This document shows, piece after piece, positions 29,143 to 39,046 of a stretch of DNA of 64,000 bases (positions are counted from its first letter, which is position 1; each line of letters opens with the position of its first letter). A model generated the notes under the pieces. It saw only the letters and a program-made list of their open reading frames with translations. It searched no databases and was not told the origin of the DNA. A program made the position numbers and the translations under genes. This DNA is from Gammaproteobacteria bacterium (lineage in GTDB: Bacteria > Pseudomonadota > Gammaproteobacteria > Eutrophobiales > Eutrophobiaceae): contig OZ244905.1 in the NCBI GenBank assembly GCA_965221695.1, positions 1,696,001-1,760,000 of the forward strand, written 5' to 3'.

Positions 29143-30060
29143 ATGAGTGACCACATCATAATAGCTGAGAACCTGAAGAAGTCGTTTAACGGCGAATTTG
29201 TCGTCAAGGGTATCGACTTGCAGGTGCCGTTCGGCGGCTGTTTCGGCCTGCTGGGACCCAACGGCGCGGGCAAAACGACCACACTGCGAATGATACTGGG
29301 GCAATCTCCGCTGTCTGCGGGCAGACTGGAGGTGCTGGGACTGGATGTGCCGACACATGCCTCCCGAATACGCCAGGAGATCGGTGTGGTCCCGCAGTTG
29401 GACAATCTCGACCCGGATTTCACCGTGGTGGAAAACCTGAAAGTCTACGCCGGTTTTTTCAACCTCGGACGCGCGGGGTTGCAACAACGGATTGCCGAAT
29501 TGTTGAAGTTCGTCGAATTGAGTGAAAAAGCCAATGTCCGCATCAATCAACTGTCAGGAGGGATGAAACGGCGTCTCAGCATCGCCCGCGCCCTGGTCAA
29601 CAGCCCCAGGTTATTGGTGTTGGACGAACCGACTACCGGGCTGGACCCACAGGTCAGGCACCTGATCTGGGGCAGGCTGCGGGAATTGAAGCAATCCGGC
29701 ACAACCCTGTTGCTGACCACGCATTTTATGGAAGAGGCGGAGCGCTTGTGTGACGATATTGTTATTATGGATCACGGCGTGATTCTCAGCCGGGGGCATC
29801 CGAAACAGTTGATCAAGGAGCATGTGGAGCCTGAGGTGGTTGAAATTCACGGTGAAATGGATGCGCTGCCGGGTATTCTGACAGAGCAGGATATACACCG
29901 GGTGGAGATAGTGGGAGAGACGATTTACTATTTTACCAACGCCCCGGAAGAGATCATCCGGCGCGTGGAACACAAACCGAATGTGCACTACCTGCATCGT
30001 CCCGCCAACCTTGAAGACGTGTTCCTGCGTCTGACCGGCAGGGAGCTGAGAGAAGGATGA
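29143..30060 (+). CDS. ABC-2 exporter ATP-binding subunit (NodI-like)
   Basis: GPNGAGKTT, VVPQLDNLDPDFTV, LSGGMKRR, DEPTTGLD. Confidence 0.9.
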   Translation: MSDHIIIAENLKKSFNGEFVVKGIDLQVPFGGCFGLLGPNGAGKTTTLRMILGQSPLSAGRLEVLGLDVPTHASRIRQEIGVVPQLDNLDPDFTVVENLKVYAGFFNLGRAGLQQRIAELLKFVELSEKANVRINQLSGGMKRRLSIARALVNSPRLLVLDEPTTGLDPQVRHLIWGRLRELKQSGTTLLLTTHFMEEAERLCDDIVIMDHGVILSRGHPKQLIKEHVEPEVVEIHGEMDALPGILTEQDIHRVEIVGETIYYFTNAPEEIIRRVEHKPNVHYLHRPANLEDVFLRLTGRELREG

Positions 30061-30839
30061 TGATGGACTGGCGCGCGCCGCGTATGCGCCGCGGTATGAT
30101 CCATGTCTGGCGCCGCAACCTGCTGGTATGGCGGAAACTGCTGGTACCCAGCCTGTTGCTGAATTTCGGTGAACCGTTCCTCTACCTGCTGGGACTGGGT
30201 CTCGGACTGGGCAGGTTTGTGGGCGAACTGGGTGGGTTGCCGTACCTGACTTTCCTCGCCAGCGGCCTGCTCGCATCGTCTTCCATGAACACGGCTACAT
30301 TCGAAGGACTGTTTTCAGTCTACACCCGCATGGTCCCGCAGCAGACCTATGAAGGCATGCTGGCCACGCCGCTGGAAGTCGATGACATTGTTGCCGGCGA
30401 GATGCTGTGGTGCGCAACCAAGGGACTGTTCAGCAGTTCGGCGATCCTGCTGGTATCCTTCCTGCTTGGCGCGATCTCCCATTGGCAAGCGCTGTTATGT
30501 ATCCCACTGTTTTTCCTGACCGGATTGTGCTTCGCCGGCCCGGCAATCATGGTTGCCTCATTCTCCCGCTCCTATGATTTCTTCAACTACTATGTCACCC
30601 TGATACTGACGCCGATGTTCATCTTCTGCGGTGTTTTCTACCCTGTGACTACCTTGCCTGATTTTGCGCAATCACTGGTGCAGGTATTGCCGCTGAGTCA
30701 TTCCATCTCCCTGATCAGGCCGCTGGCAACGGGTCAGGAACCATCCCAGGTCATTGTCCACCTCAGCGTATTGCTCGCATTTGCCCTGATCAGCTTTTAC
30801 TGGGCGACAGTGCTGGTGCGCAGACGCCTGGTGCAATAG
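30057..30839 (+). CDS. ABC-2 exporter permease (NodJ-like)
   Basis: VWRRNLLVWRKL...EPFLYLLGLGLGLG; overlaps the ATPase stop. Confidence 0.9.
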   Translation: MMMDWRAPRMRRGMIHVWRRNLLVWRKLLVPSLLLNFGEPFLYLLGLGLGLGRFVGELGGLPYLTFLASGLLASSSMNTATFEGLFSVYTRMVPQQTYEGMLATPLEVDDIVAGEMLWCATKGLFSSSAILLVSFLLGAISHWQALLCIPLFFLTGLCFAGPAIMVASFSRSYDFFNYYVTLILTPMFIFCGVFYPVTTLPDFAQSLVQVLPLSHSISLIRPLATGQEPSQVIVHLSVLLAFALISFYWATVLVRRRLVQ

Positions 30840-30856
30840 AACCGGACACTGCCCAT

Positions 30857-31888
30857 ATGGCACACCCGGTCTTAAGCAGATACTTACGGACAGTATTCCT
30901 GGCAGCCCTCACCGCCGGCAGTCTGCTCTGCAGCGCTGTTGCATTCGCCCATGACAGCCGGCCGCTGTTTATCAATATCAGTGAATATGGCGAGGGTGCG
31001 CTGACGCTCAGGTGGAAGACGCCGCCCTCCGTTAATCCGGATAATGTCCCGCGCATTGCGTTGGCGGGTTGCGATGCGGCTCGGCAACAACCGGCGCCGG
31101 TGCGGCCGGTGGGGTCGGAGATTTACGCTTGCGACAGCGGCCTGTCCGGGAAGTCCGTGATCATCGACTATCCGCTGTTCAATCCATCCATTTCATCCTT
31201 GCTGCGCATTGAGTTCAGGAGCGGGGAAGCGCGTAGCGTGATGCTTGATCCCGGCATGACGGAGTGGCGTATTCCGGCGCCGGAGACATTCGAGGGAGTA
31301 ATCAGGGACTATTTTGTGCTCGGGATTGAGCACATATTCGGCGGCATAGACCACTTGCTGTTTCTTGCCGGCCTGCTTTACATCGCCCGCACGCTACGCC
31401 GGATATTGATCACCGTTACCGGTTTTACCCTTGCCCACTCGATAACCCTGTTCCTGGTGGCGCTGGACATGTTACGCGTCGCTGTGCCGGCTGTGGAAAC
31501 AGTGATTGCCCTGTCCATCGTGATGCTTGCCACCGAGATCGCCCGCAATGATCGTTCCACGCTCACCTGGCGCCGCCCGGTCCTGGTCGCCTGCGGTTTT
31601 GGCCTGGTACATGGCGCCGGTTTTGCCTCGGCCCTGACGGAAACGGGTCTGCCGCAGACGGAGAAAATCAGCGCGCTATTATTCTTCAACCTGGGCGTGG
31701 AAGCGGGTCAGTTGCTTATCATAACAGCCTTGTTCAGCGCTCTGTGGTTACTTGCGCGTCTCCCCCACCCACTGCCGATCGCGTATGATAACCAACCTTT
31801 GCGCCTGGCGTTCAGCTATGCGCTCGGCATAATCTCTTGCTTCTGGTTTATCGAACGTTTCAGCGCATCGTTTATTGCAAATGTGTGA
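30857..31888 (+). CDS. HupE/UreJ-family membrane protein
   Basis: AFAHD, LGIEHIFGGIDHLLF, TGFTLAHSIT, FGLVHGAGFA, FNLGVEAGQ. Confidence 0.88.
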   Translation: MAHPVLSRYLRTVFLAALTAGSLLCSAVAFAHDSRPLFINISEYGEGALTLRWKTPPSVNPDNVPRIALAGCDAARQQPAPVRPVGSEIYACDSGLSGKSVIIDYPLFNPSISSLLRIEFRSGEARSVMLDPGMTEWRIPAPETFEGVIRDYFVLGIEHIFGGIDHLLFLAGLLYIARTLRRILITVTGFTLAHSITLFLVALDMLRVAVPAVETVIALSIVMLATEIARNDRSTLTWRRPVLVACGFGLVHGAGFASALTETGLPQTEKISALLFFNLGVEAGQLLIITALFSALWLLARLPHPLPIAYDNQPLRLAFSYALGIISCFWFIERFSASFIANV

Positions 31889-32181
31889 TCATATCCTTCG
31901 GGTAGATATTCCAGGCGCTAATCGTTGTTATCTTTGACATGCTGCAGTTCCCGGTATATATCTTCCGCTATATCTTCTGTTGGCGCCGCGGTATAGACGG
32001 CATTCGCTGCCACCGACGAATAACCACGCGCTTCTGTTCTGACCTGTTCACGATTGTCAGACACGGCACACGCCAACCTCTGATAGAGCGTCAGGTCTTT
32101 CATATCACGCCCGTCGGATATTTCCATCGAGAGTGGCAGAACTCTTAGCCAGGACAGCGGGGTGGCGCGTCAAAGGGTTCG

Positions 32182-32994
32182 TTACTCCGACTTTACATCG
32201 CTCATTTGCAGGTACACAGCCGAGTCATTGCCTTCAACAAACAGTTTGCTCATCCGGCCGGTTTGTTCAAACCGTTTGATCGCGTCGTAAATTCCAACAA
32301 TAGCTTCCCGGATTGAGGCGGTGTTGATCTCATGCACCAGCAGCAGGTGAGGTATTTCATCAGGCCCCACCGACACGACTTCCATGATGCGATACAGCGA
32401 GTAGACCTTGACTCCGGTAACGCCGTTGACCGCCGATACGCCTGGTATGTAGACGCTTGCCAACCAATCCAGGAACTGTTGCTGATCTTGCTCATCGGCA
32501 CAACAAAGCGCCTTCTGCACATACACATATTGGTTATCCGCAACGTCCTGCTGTTCCGGGCGGTCTCCGGCAATAAGTGCGCGGTAATAATTCGCTTCCG
32601 TGACTTTCAGCAGGTTGGTGATACGGCCCAGCGCGACCATCTTGCGCGCCCCCACATACAGGTCGATGATGGTCTTGTCGATATCAGTGGTTTCGATATC
32701 GTAAAGCGCCACATAGTTGCCTTCAGCTTTTTGCAGGTCCAACTGCGGGAACTCCGCAACGGCTTGCTGCAACCCGCGGCGGGCGCGCATAAACCCTGGC
32801 ACGGCCAGCACATCCGGGATGTCAATATCGTCATACCAGGCATTGAACTCGGCTTCGCGGGCCGGATCCGCGCTGCGGGTCTTGACCATGTAGAGCCAAT
32901 GCTCCGACGTGACATCAGCCTCCCCTTGGGCCGGAACAGATATGCCATGGGAGAGGAACAGCGCCAGGCACAGGCAGATGGCAATATTTTTCAT
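32182..32994 (-). CDS. Secreted EthD/DUF4286-like protein
   Basis: Signal peptide; REAEFNAWYDDIDIPDVLAVPGFMRARR...YVALYDIE, with a second degenerate repeat. Confidence 0.6.
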   Translation of the reverse strand: MKNIAICLCLALFLSHGISVPAQGEADVTSEHWLYMVKTRSADPAREAEFNAWYDDIDIPDVLAVPGFMRARRGLQQAVAEFPQLDLQKAEGNYVALYDIETTDIDKTIIDLYVGARKMVALGRITNLLKVTEANYYRALIAGDRPEQQDVADNQYVYVQKALCCADEQDQQQFLDWLASVYIPGVSAVNGVTGVKVYSLYRIMEVVSVGPDEIPHLLLVHEINTASIREAIVGIYDAIKRFEQTGRMSKLFVEGNDSAVYLQMSDVKSE

Positions 32995-33042
32995 GGGTAT
33001 TCTTTTTGAAAGATTACTGTTCGTTATCCCGATCCCTGCGAT

Positions 33043-34542
33043 TCAACGCTGATAAAACGGTGGTATTTGCGCATCGTAATTGATCCATACGGCCTTGGGC
33101 GTGGTGTAGTCATGCAGACATTCGATGCCCATGTCCCTGCCGTAGCCGGACTCGCCGACACCGCCGAAGGGGGAGGCGGGGTGTACCCGCTTGTAGCAAT
33201 TCACCCAGACCATGCCGGCCCGGATGCCCTCGGAAAACCTGTGCGCCCGTTGCAGATTATTGGTCCACAATCCGCTGCCCAGCCCGTATTCGGTGGCATT
33301 CGCCAGTTCCAGCGCCTCGGAATCATCCCTGAACCGGGTCACTGATACGAACGGGCCGAACACTTCCTCCTTGAAGACCGTAGAGTCCGGCCCGGCCTCG
33401 ACAACGGTTGGTTCAAGATAATATCCTTGTTTGAGTTCATCGTTTTCCGGCTGTTTGCCCCCGGTCACTATGGTATTGCCCTCCTTGCGACAAACATCGA
33501 TATAGCTGAGCACCCGCTCTAGGTGTGTCTTCGAGGTGAGCGGCCCCATCTCGGTGTCCGGGTCCAGCGGATTACCCAACCTGATGGATTGTGCCAAACC
33601 GATGAACTTTTCCAGGAACTCATCGGCGATAGCCTCGTGCAGCAACAGGCGAGAACCGGCGATGCAGGCCTGGCCCTGGTTGTGGAAGATGGCAAATGCC
33701 GATCCGCCAACTGCCGCGGGCAGGGTTGCATCTTCAAAGACGATGTTGGGGCCTTTACCGCCCATCTCCAGCGAGACCCGCTTCAGGTTGCCGGCGGAAG
33801 CCTGCACGATCTTGCGCCCAGTTACCGTGGAGCCGGTAAACGCGATCTTGTCGATGTCCGGGTGTTCTGCAATGTGCTGGCCGGCTGTATGACCGTAGCC
33901 GGGGACGATATTGACGACACCGGGCGGAAAACCCACTTCATTCATCAGGTCAACCAATCGTAGCGTTGACAACGGTGTGATCTCGGACGGTTTCATTACC
34001 ACGGTATTGCCCGCGGCCAGCGCCGGTCCCAGTTTCCAGCTACAGAACATGATAGGGAAGTTCCAGGGAACGATCTGGCCCACCACCCCGACCGGTTTGC
34101 GCTTGACGATGCTCAGAAAGCCCGGCTCGACCGGTACTTCCCGACCGTCTATCTTGTCCGCGATACCACCGAAATAACGCAGGTTGAGCAGCGTGCGCGG
34201 CAAATCCAGACGTCGGGTATCCTTCAGCGGATGGCCGGTGTCCAGGCTCTCCAGTTCGGTGAACTCGTCAAAATGCTGTTCCAACCTGTCCGCCAGTTTC
34301 ATGATGAGCCGGCCCCGGTCCGAGGCAAAGGTATTGCTCCAGTCAGGGAACGCGGCCCGCGCCGCGGCCACCGCCTTGTCCACATCTGCCGGCCCGGCTC
34401 CGGCGATGCGGGTAATCAGGCTACCATCATGGGGGTTGATGACATCAATGAGGCTGCCATCCTCGGCATCGACGAACTCGCCGTTGATGAATAATTGGTT
34501 ACGGATGTCATCCAGCGGATGGGCGGGCGCATTTTCTGGCAT
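33043..34542 (-). CDS. NAD(P)-dependent aldehyde dehydrogenase
   Basis: PWNFP, FTGST, LEMGGK, GQACIAG, EEVFGP. Confidence 0.95.
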   Translation of the reverse strand: MPENAPAHPLDDIRNQLFINGEFVDAEDGSLIDVINPHDGSLITRIAGAGPADVDKAVAAARAAFPDWSNTFASDRGRLIMKLADRLEQHFDEFTELESLDTGHPLKDTRRLDLPRTLLNLRYFGGIADKIDGREVPVEPGFLSIVKRKPVGVVGQIVPWNFPIMFCSWKLGPALAAGNTVVMKPSEITPLSTLRLVDLMNEVGFPPGVVNIVPGYGHTAGQHIAEHPDIDKIAFTGSTVTGRKIVQASAGNLKRVSLEMGGKGPNIVFEDATLPAAVGGSAFAIFHNQGQACIAGSRLLLHEAIADEFLEKFIGLAQSIRLGNPLDPDTEMGPLTSKTHLERVLSYIDVCRKEGNTIVTGGKQPENDELKQGYYLEPTVVEAGPDSTVFKEEVFGPFVSVTRFRDDSEALELANATEYGLGSGLWTNNLQRAHRFSEGIRAGMVWVNCYKRVHPASPFGGVGESGYGRDMGIECLHDYTTPKAVWINYDAQIPPFYQR

Positions 34543-34588
34543 GATTGAATTCCTTGCCTGTTGGCATAATTCGTATTGATAGATTACA

Positions 34589-34739
34589 GGAACATCTGAT
34601 TATGTCAGATGTTCCTACGATACAAGGATGTATCGGCAAAATCAATGACTGTAAGGCATTGTTTTTATGGGGAAAACAAAAATCACATTTTTGTTTTCCG
34701 TACTCTGACAAGTCCAGGATGGACTTGTTCAGAGTTTCC
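34589..34739 (+). mobile_element. Family A long element, 151 bp, copy 2
   Basis: Colinear with the 11660 copy; flanks TACA/TATA; a further degenerate short palindrome at about 34750-34777. Confidence 0.9.
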
Positions 34740-34817
34740 TATATGATACGGGATGCCCTGATTTATCAGAGCTTCCTGAATTTTACGTTCGCTGACTACC
34801 TGCATCGGAGAAAAAAA

Positions 34818-36656
34818 ATGGACCAGGCGCTGGAGATTCTGCGCGCTACTTTTGGATATCGGGACTTTCGCGGCGAGCAACAGCCTATCATCAACCATAT
34901 CATCGCAGGCAACGATGCCTTGGTACTGATGCCGACCGGCGGTGGTAAGTCACTGTGCTACCAGATTCCTGCGATGATCCGTCCCGGCACGGCCATCATC
35001 ATTTCGCCTCTGATTGCCCTGATGCAGGATCAGGTCGGCGCGTTGTTGCAGTTCGGGGTAAGGGCTGCCTACCTCAATTCGACCCTGCCGATACAAACGG
35101 CCCAGGAAACGGAACAGGCGCTGCTGAGTAATGATATAGACCTGCTTTATATTGCGCCGGAACGCTTGCTCCAGGAACGTACCCTGACATTGTTGGAACG
35201 GACACAGCTTGCCCTGTTTGCGATTGACGAGGCGCATTGCGTCTCCCAATGGGGGCATGATTTTCGCAAAGACTACCTGGCGCTGGAACAATTACACCAG
35301 CGCTTTCCGGCAACGCCCCGCATCGCCCTGACCGCGACCGCGGATGAACGGACCCGGCATGAAATTCGGGAACGCCTGGGACTGAAACAGGCAAAAGTGT
35401 TTATCAGCGGGTTTAACCGCCCGAATATCCAGTACCGGATTACGGCCAAGCTGCAAGAACGCAAGCAACTACTGAGTTTCCTGGAGACGGAGCACAAAGG
35501 AGATGCCGGGATCGTCTATTGCCTGTCCCGAAAAAAGACCGAAGCCATTGCTGAATGGTTAAGCCAGCAGGGACGCACAGCCCTGCCCTACCATGCAGGA
35601 CTTGGAACGACCACACGCTCCCGGCACCAGCAACGCTTCCTGCAGGAAGAAGGGGTCATTATCGTCGCCACGATCGCCTTCGGTATGGGTATCGACAAAC
35701 CGGATGTGCGTTTTGTTGCCCACCTGGACCTGCCCAAGAGTATTGAGGCCTATTACCAGGAAACCGGGCGCGCAGGACGGGATGGCAGCGCCGCCGATGC
35801 CTGGATGGTGTATGGGCTGGAAGACGTGGTAAAACTGCGACAAATGCTGGAAATGTCAGATGCGGATGAAAGCCACAAACGGATTGAGAGATATAAACTG
35901 GATTCCATGCTGGGGCTGTGCGAGCTCACCAGTTGCCGGCGTCATGCGTTGTTGCAGTACTTTGGAGAAGAGTCGCCATCCCGTTGTGAAAATTGCGATA
36001 CCTGTCTGCGCCCGGTCGAAACCTGGGACGGCACAACCGCGGCCCGCAAAGCCTTGTCCTGTGTTTACCGCAGCGGCCAGCGTTTTGGCGCCAGGCACCT
36101 CATCGACATACTGCTGGGAAAAGAAAACGACAAAGTGAGAAAGTTTCACCATCAACGGCTGAGCACCTTTGGTATTGGCGAAGAACTGAGCATAGAGCAG
36201 TGGCGCTCCGTGTTCAGACAACTGATTGCGCGGCGTTTTCTGACTGTGGATATGAAAGGTTTTGGTTCCCTGCAACTGACCGAGCTGAGCAGACCGTTAT
36301 TGCAGGGCGAGACGGAAGTTCACTTCCGCAAAGATGAGAAGGTTAAATCAACGCCGCGAAAACAACGTAAATCGCTTGGAGAAGCCGGCGACGCAGCGCT
36401 ACTGGAAAAACTCAAGGCGCATCGGAAGCAGTTGGCTGTGGAGCAGAGCCTGCCGCCTTATGTGATCTTCCATGATACAACCCTGGTCGAAATGGCGCTG
36501 AGTCTGCCTTCCAACCCGGATGAATTGTTACAGGTCAGCGGAGTGGGTGAGCACAAGCTGAAGAAATACGGTGACAGCTTTCTCGCAGTCATTGTATCGC
36601 ACCGGGATGGGCTGTCTGACAAACAAAATGAAGTGAACAGGTCCCGCCAGAGCTAA
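34818..36656 (+). CDS. recQ: ATP-dependent DNA helicase RecQ
   Basis: [49 protein letters not shown] and HRDC domains; GGAG RBS. Confidence 0.97.
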   Translation: MDQALEILRATFGYRDFRGEQQPIINHIIAGNDALVLMPTGGGKSLCYQIPAMIRPGTAIIISPLIALMQDQVGALLQFGVRAAYLNSTLPIQTAQETEQALLSNDIDLLYIAPERLLQERTLTLLERTQLALFAIDEAHCVSQWGHDFRKDYLALEQLHQRFPATPRIALTATADERTRHEIRERLGLKQAKVFISGFNRPNIQYRITAKLQERKQLLSFLETEHKGDAGIVYCLSRKKTEAIAEWLSQQGRTALPYHAGLGTTTRSRHQQRFLQEEGVIIVATIAFGMGIDKPDVRFVAHLDLPKSIEAYYQETGRAGRDGSAADAWMVYGLEDVVKLRQMLEMSDADESHKRIERYKLDSMLGLCELTSCRRHALLQYFGEESPSRCENCDTCLRPVETWDGTTAARKALSCVYRSGQRFGARHLIDILLGKENDKVRKFHHQRLSTFGIGEELSIEQWRSVFRQLIARRFLTVDMKGFGSLQLTELSRPLLQGETEVHFRKDEKVKSTPRKQRKSLGEAGDAALLEKLKAHRKQLAVEQSLPPYVIFHDTTLVEMALSLPSNPDELLQVSGVGEHKLKKYGDSFLAVIVSHRDGLSDKQNEVNRSRQS

Positions 36657-36895
36657 CCCGAAAATCTCACCAATACACTTGTTAGCATTAGATAGATGTT
36701 TGCTGTCAATGAGTTATGATAATCTGCCGAGTATGTTGCCATTACACACTGCGCTTGATGCGCCCTCGCTGGTCTTTTTTGCGTTAGCGGGCACATGCTC
36801 CCTCAACCAGAAGAACCACTATGCTTTCGGTCGCGAGCACCCGCTAACGCAAAAAATCCTCAGCGATCATCGCATCAATTGGTGAGATTTTCGGG
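36657..36895. mobile_element. Family B MITE, 239 bp, copy 2
   Basis: TIR CCCGAAAATCTCACCAAT / ATTGGTGAGATTTTCGGG; CTAA direct repeat on both flanks. Confidence 0.88.
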
Positions 36896-37450
36896 CTAAA
36901 AGAAAAAGCCGATCCCTCCACCAAGCATGGTAGTTTCGTCCAGGAGAATTTCCCGCTTGACGATCTCCCAACCGAGTGAGTTCGTCGCGCGCCGCAACAC
37001 ATCTATCTTTTCACCGCTGTAGATATCCTTGAAACGCGTATGCCGCAAGCGGGTTACGATAAAGTACGAGCGTACCCGGTAGGTATCTGCCGCATCCAAT
37101 GGCTCGATCTGCACATTGCTCACGTGATGTCGCAGCATGGAATGGGGTCGCTCGATATGGTCCCGGCCGGTGAGCAATTTGCGCACCCGAAGGCCCATGC
37201 GTTCCTTGTCATCATCAAAATTGGAGCCGCCGAATCCGGCGCTGAAACCCTCGCGCACCTGCTCCTCATAGACGAAGCTGCGCGCAGGCATGTAGTAGTG
37301 TATTTCGTCTGCCAGCAATTCATACCATTGCTCGAACTCGCGGTTGTCGAGCAGGCGCGCCTCGGCATACAGGAATTGCTCGACCTCCCATTGCAGTTCC
37401 GGCGTTACGCTAACAGGAGTATGGACAGGGACTGGTTGCGGATTATTCAT
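36896..37450 (-). CDS. Aromatic ring-hydroxylating dioxygenase beta subunit
   Basis: VEQFLYAEARLLD...IHYYMP...RHHVSNV...IVKREILLD. Confidence 0.92.
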   Translation of the reverse strand: MNNPQPVPVHTPVSVTPELQWEVEQFLYAEARLLDNREFEQWYELLADEIHYYMPARSFVYEEQVREGFSAGFGGSNFDDDKERMGLRVRKLLTGRDHIERPHSMLRHHVSNVQIEPLDAADTYRVRSYFIVTRLRHTRFKDIYSGEKIDVLRRATNSLGWEIVKREILLDETTMLGGGIGFFF

Positions 37451-37482
37451 AAGCGGCTCTCCCGGATAATCTGTTCATATTG

Positions 37483-38817
37483 TCAGTCGGCTAACAACTC
37501 GAGCCAACGCCGGTAAAATCCGCGCAGCGCATACTCGGAATACACGTAGGAAATGTCGCCCGGACCTTCAAAATCGCCCGGATCCACCTGCTCGCCCATC
37601 TGGATATTGAGTTGTGTGCGCGCCGCGACATGGCCCCTGACACCGAGTTGCGCCATTGCCGTGTTCTCGGTGTCGTCCTGCTCCAGGCATCCAGCCACCG
37701 AAAACACCCGGGCCATGGACTTCTGCCAGGCATCTTTGATCTCATCCGGCCAGGCCTTGTCGACAAACAGGTAATTCCATACCTCTGTTTCATCCGGCCC
37801 CCGAGGCTGCCAAAGACGCATATAACCCTGGCCGCGGTTGAAGGTCAGGTTGGGAAAAATATTGGTATGTATGACCGCCATTTTGTCAGTACGGGTATCG
37901 CCCAGGCGATCACGCATGTTCGGCCAGGAGACACCTACCATGTACTCGAACACTTCCTTGGGATGGGTCTGCAACGCCATACCCAGTTCCGCCTCATTGG
38001 GATAGGTCATCCAGCCCGCCCCGTGACCAAGTTTGGGCGACGAATATTGCAGACCGTACTCGGGCTCACCGATCGGCTTCAGCCGGTTAATGTTCGCTTG
38101 CGGAAAATGGACGGAAGAATATGACACATGCGAGACCTGTGCATGGTAAAAATCACTGGCGTGCTGCTCCGCGCCCCACTTCCAGTTACCGCGCAATGTC
38201 CACTTCTGCAAACCAATCAGTTCAATGCCGCCCTCGTCACGGTCCAGTATCGAATCCAGGTACCAGGTGGACTCGCCCAGGTAATCCGTCAACGATGGCG
38301 CGTTCCCGTCCCAGGTAGCGAATATCAGGCCCCGGTAAGTGTCCACCTTGGCAACCTTGTTCAACCCCCACTCCGCCTGCTTGAAATGCTTCTTGGGTTG
38401 TTCCTTGTGGGGCATGCCCAGCAGGCTGCCATCAGTGCCGTAGCACCAGCCGTGGTATGAGCAGGTGAACGACGGCGCATTGCCGTAGTCTCCCCGGCAC
38501 AGCCGCAAACCGCGATGCCGGCATTGGTTCAGCATGACGTGAATCGTATTATCGCGGTGGCGGGTGACGATGACCGGGTCTTCGCCAATGGTCGTGGTGA
38601 AATAATCACCCGGCTTGGGAATCTGGCTATCATGCCCCACACAGATCCAGCACCGGGCAAAAATCCGCTCAAGTTCGCGCCGATACACTGTTTCATCGGT
38701 GTAACAACGGGAATCCTGCGTGCCCGTTTCCGGATCAACCAGGTGAATGATGTGTTCCGGGGACCACTTGTCTTCAAGAGTTTCCCAGCGATTGAAATAT
38801 TCAGGTTGTGCGGCCAT
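37483..38817 (-). CDS. Aromatic ring-hydroxylating dioxygenase alpha subunit (BphA/HcaE-like)
   Basis: CRHRG...CSYHGW, NWKWGAEQHASDFYH, EQDDTEN. Confidence 0.92.
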   Translation of the reverse strand: MAAQPEYFNRWETLEDKWSPEHIIHLVDPETGTQDSRCYTDETVYRRELERIFARCWICVGHDSQIPKPGDYFTTTIGEDPVIVTRHRDNTIHVMLNQCRHRGLRLCRGDYGNAPSFTCSYHGWCYGTDGSLLGMPHKEQPKKHFKQAEWGLNKVAKVDTYRGLIFATWDGNAPSLTDYLGESTWYLDSILDRDEGGIELIGLQKWTLRGNWKWGAEQHASDFYHAQVSHVSYSSVHFPQANINRLKPIGEPEYGLQYSSPKLGHGAGWMTYPNEAELGMALQTHPKEVFEYMVGVSWPNMRDRLGDTRTDKMAVIHTNIFPNLTFNRGQGYMRLWQPRGPDETEVWNYLFVDKAWPDEIKDAWQKSMARVFSVAGCLEQDDTENTAMAQLGVRGHVAARTQLNIQMGEQVDPGDFEGPGDISYVYSEYALRGFYRRWLELLAD

Positions 38818-39008
38818 GGCAATTACCTTCTATCACAGGTTGACGATATGTAACACTTTACTGGTTACAATACAGAATTCAGAGCAGTAAAAAATATTAA
38901 CCAAAAATTGTTACAAGCTCTGGTTCAAGCGTACTATATTATAATTTGACAGTCTGTCCTTGGCAGTTGGTTTTCATACTATTCGGGACTATATTACATA
39001 ATAGTTAA

Positions 39009-39035
39009 GGAAACTCTGATTAAGTCAGAGGTTGC
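39009..39035. repeat. Family A short palindrome (27 bp) with TTAA duplication
   Basis: TTAA-GGAAACTCTGA-TTAAG-TCAGAGGTTGC-TTAA, 11 bp before the sulfatase ATG. Confidence 0.88.
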
Positions 39036-39046
39036 TTAAATCGAAA

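Noticed and set aside
29143-30839. nodIJ-like genes as evidence of nodulation
   Set aside because: No nodABC; such ABC-2 exporters are common in non-symbiotic proteobacteria
31918-32127. 69-aa ORF downstream of the EthD-like gene
   Set aside because: No motif and no clear RBS; could be a fragment but cannot be supported
34545-34817. 91-aa N-terminal extension of RecQ in the ORF track
   Set aside because: Runs through element A; RecQ homology and the RBS begin at ATG 34818
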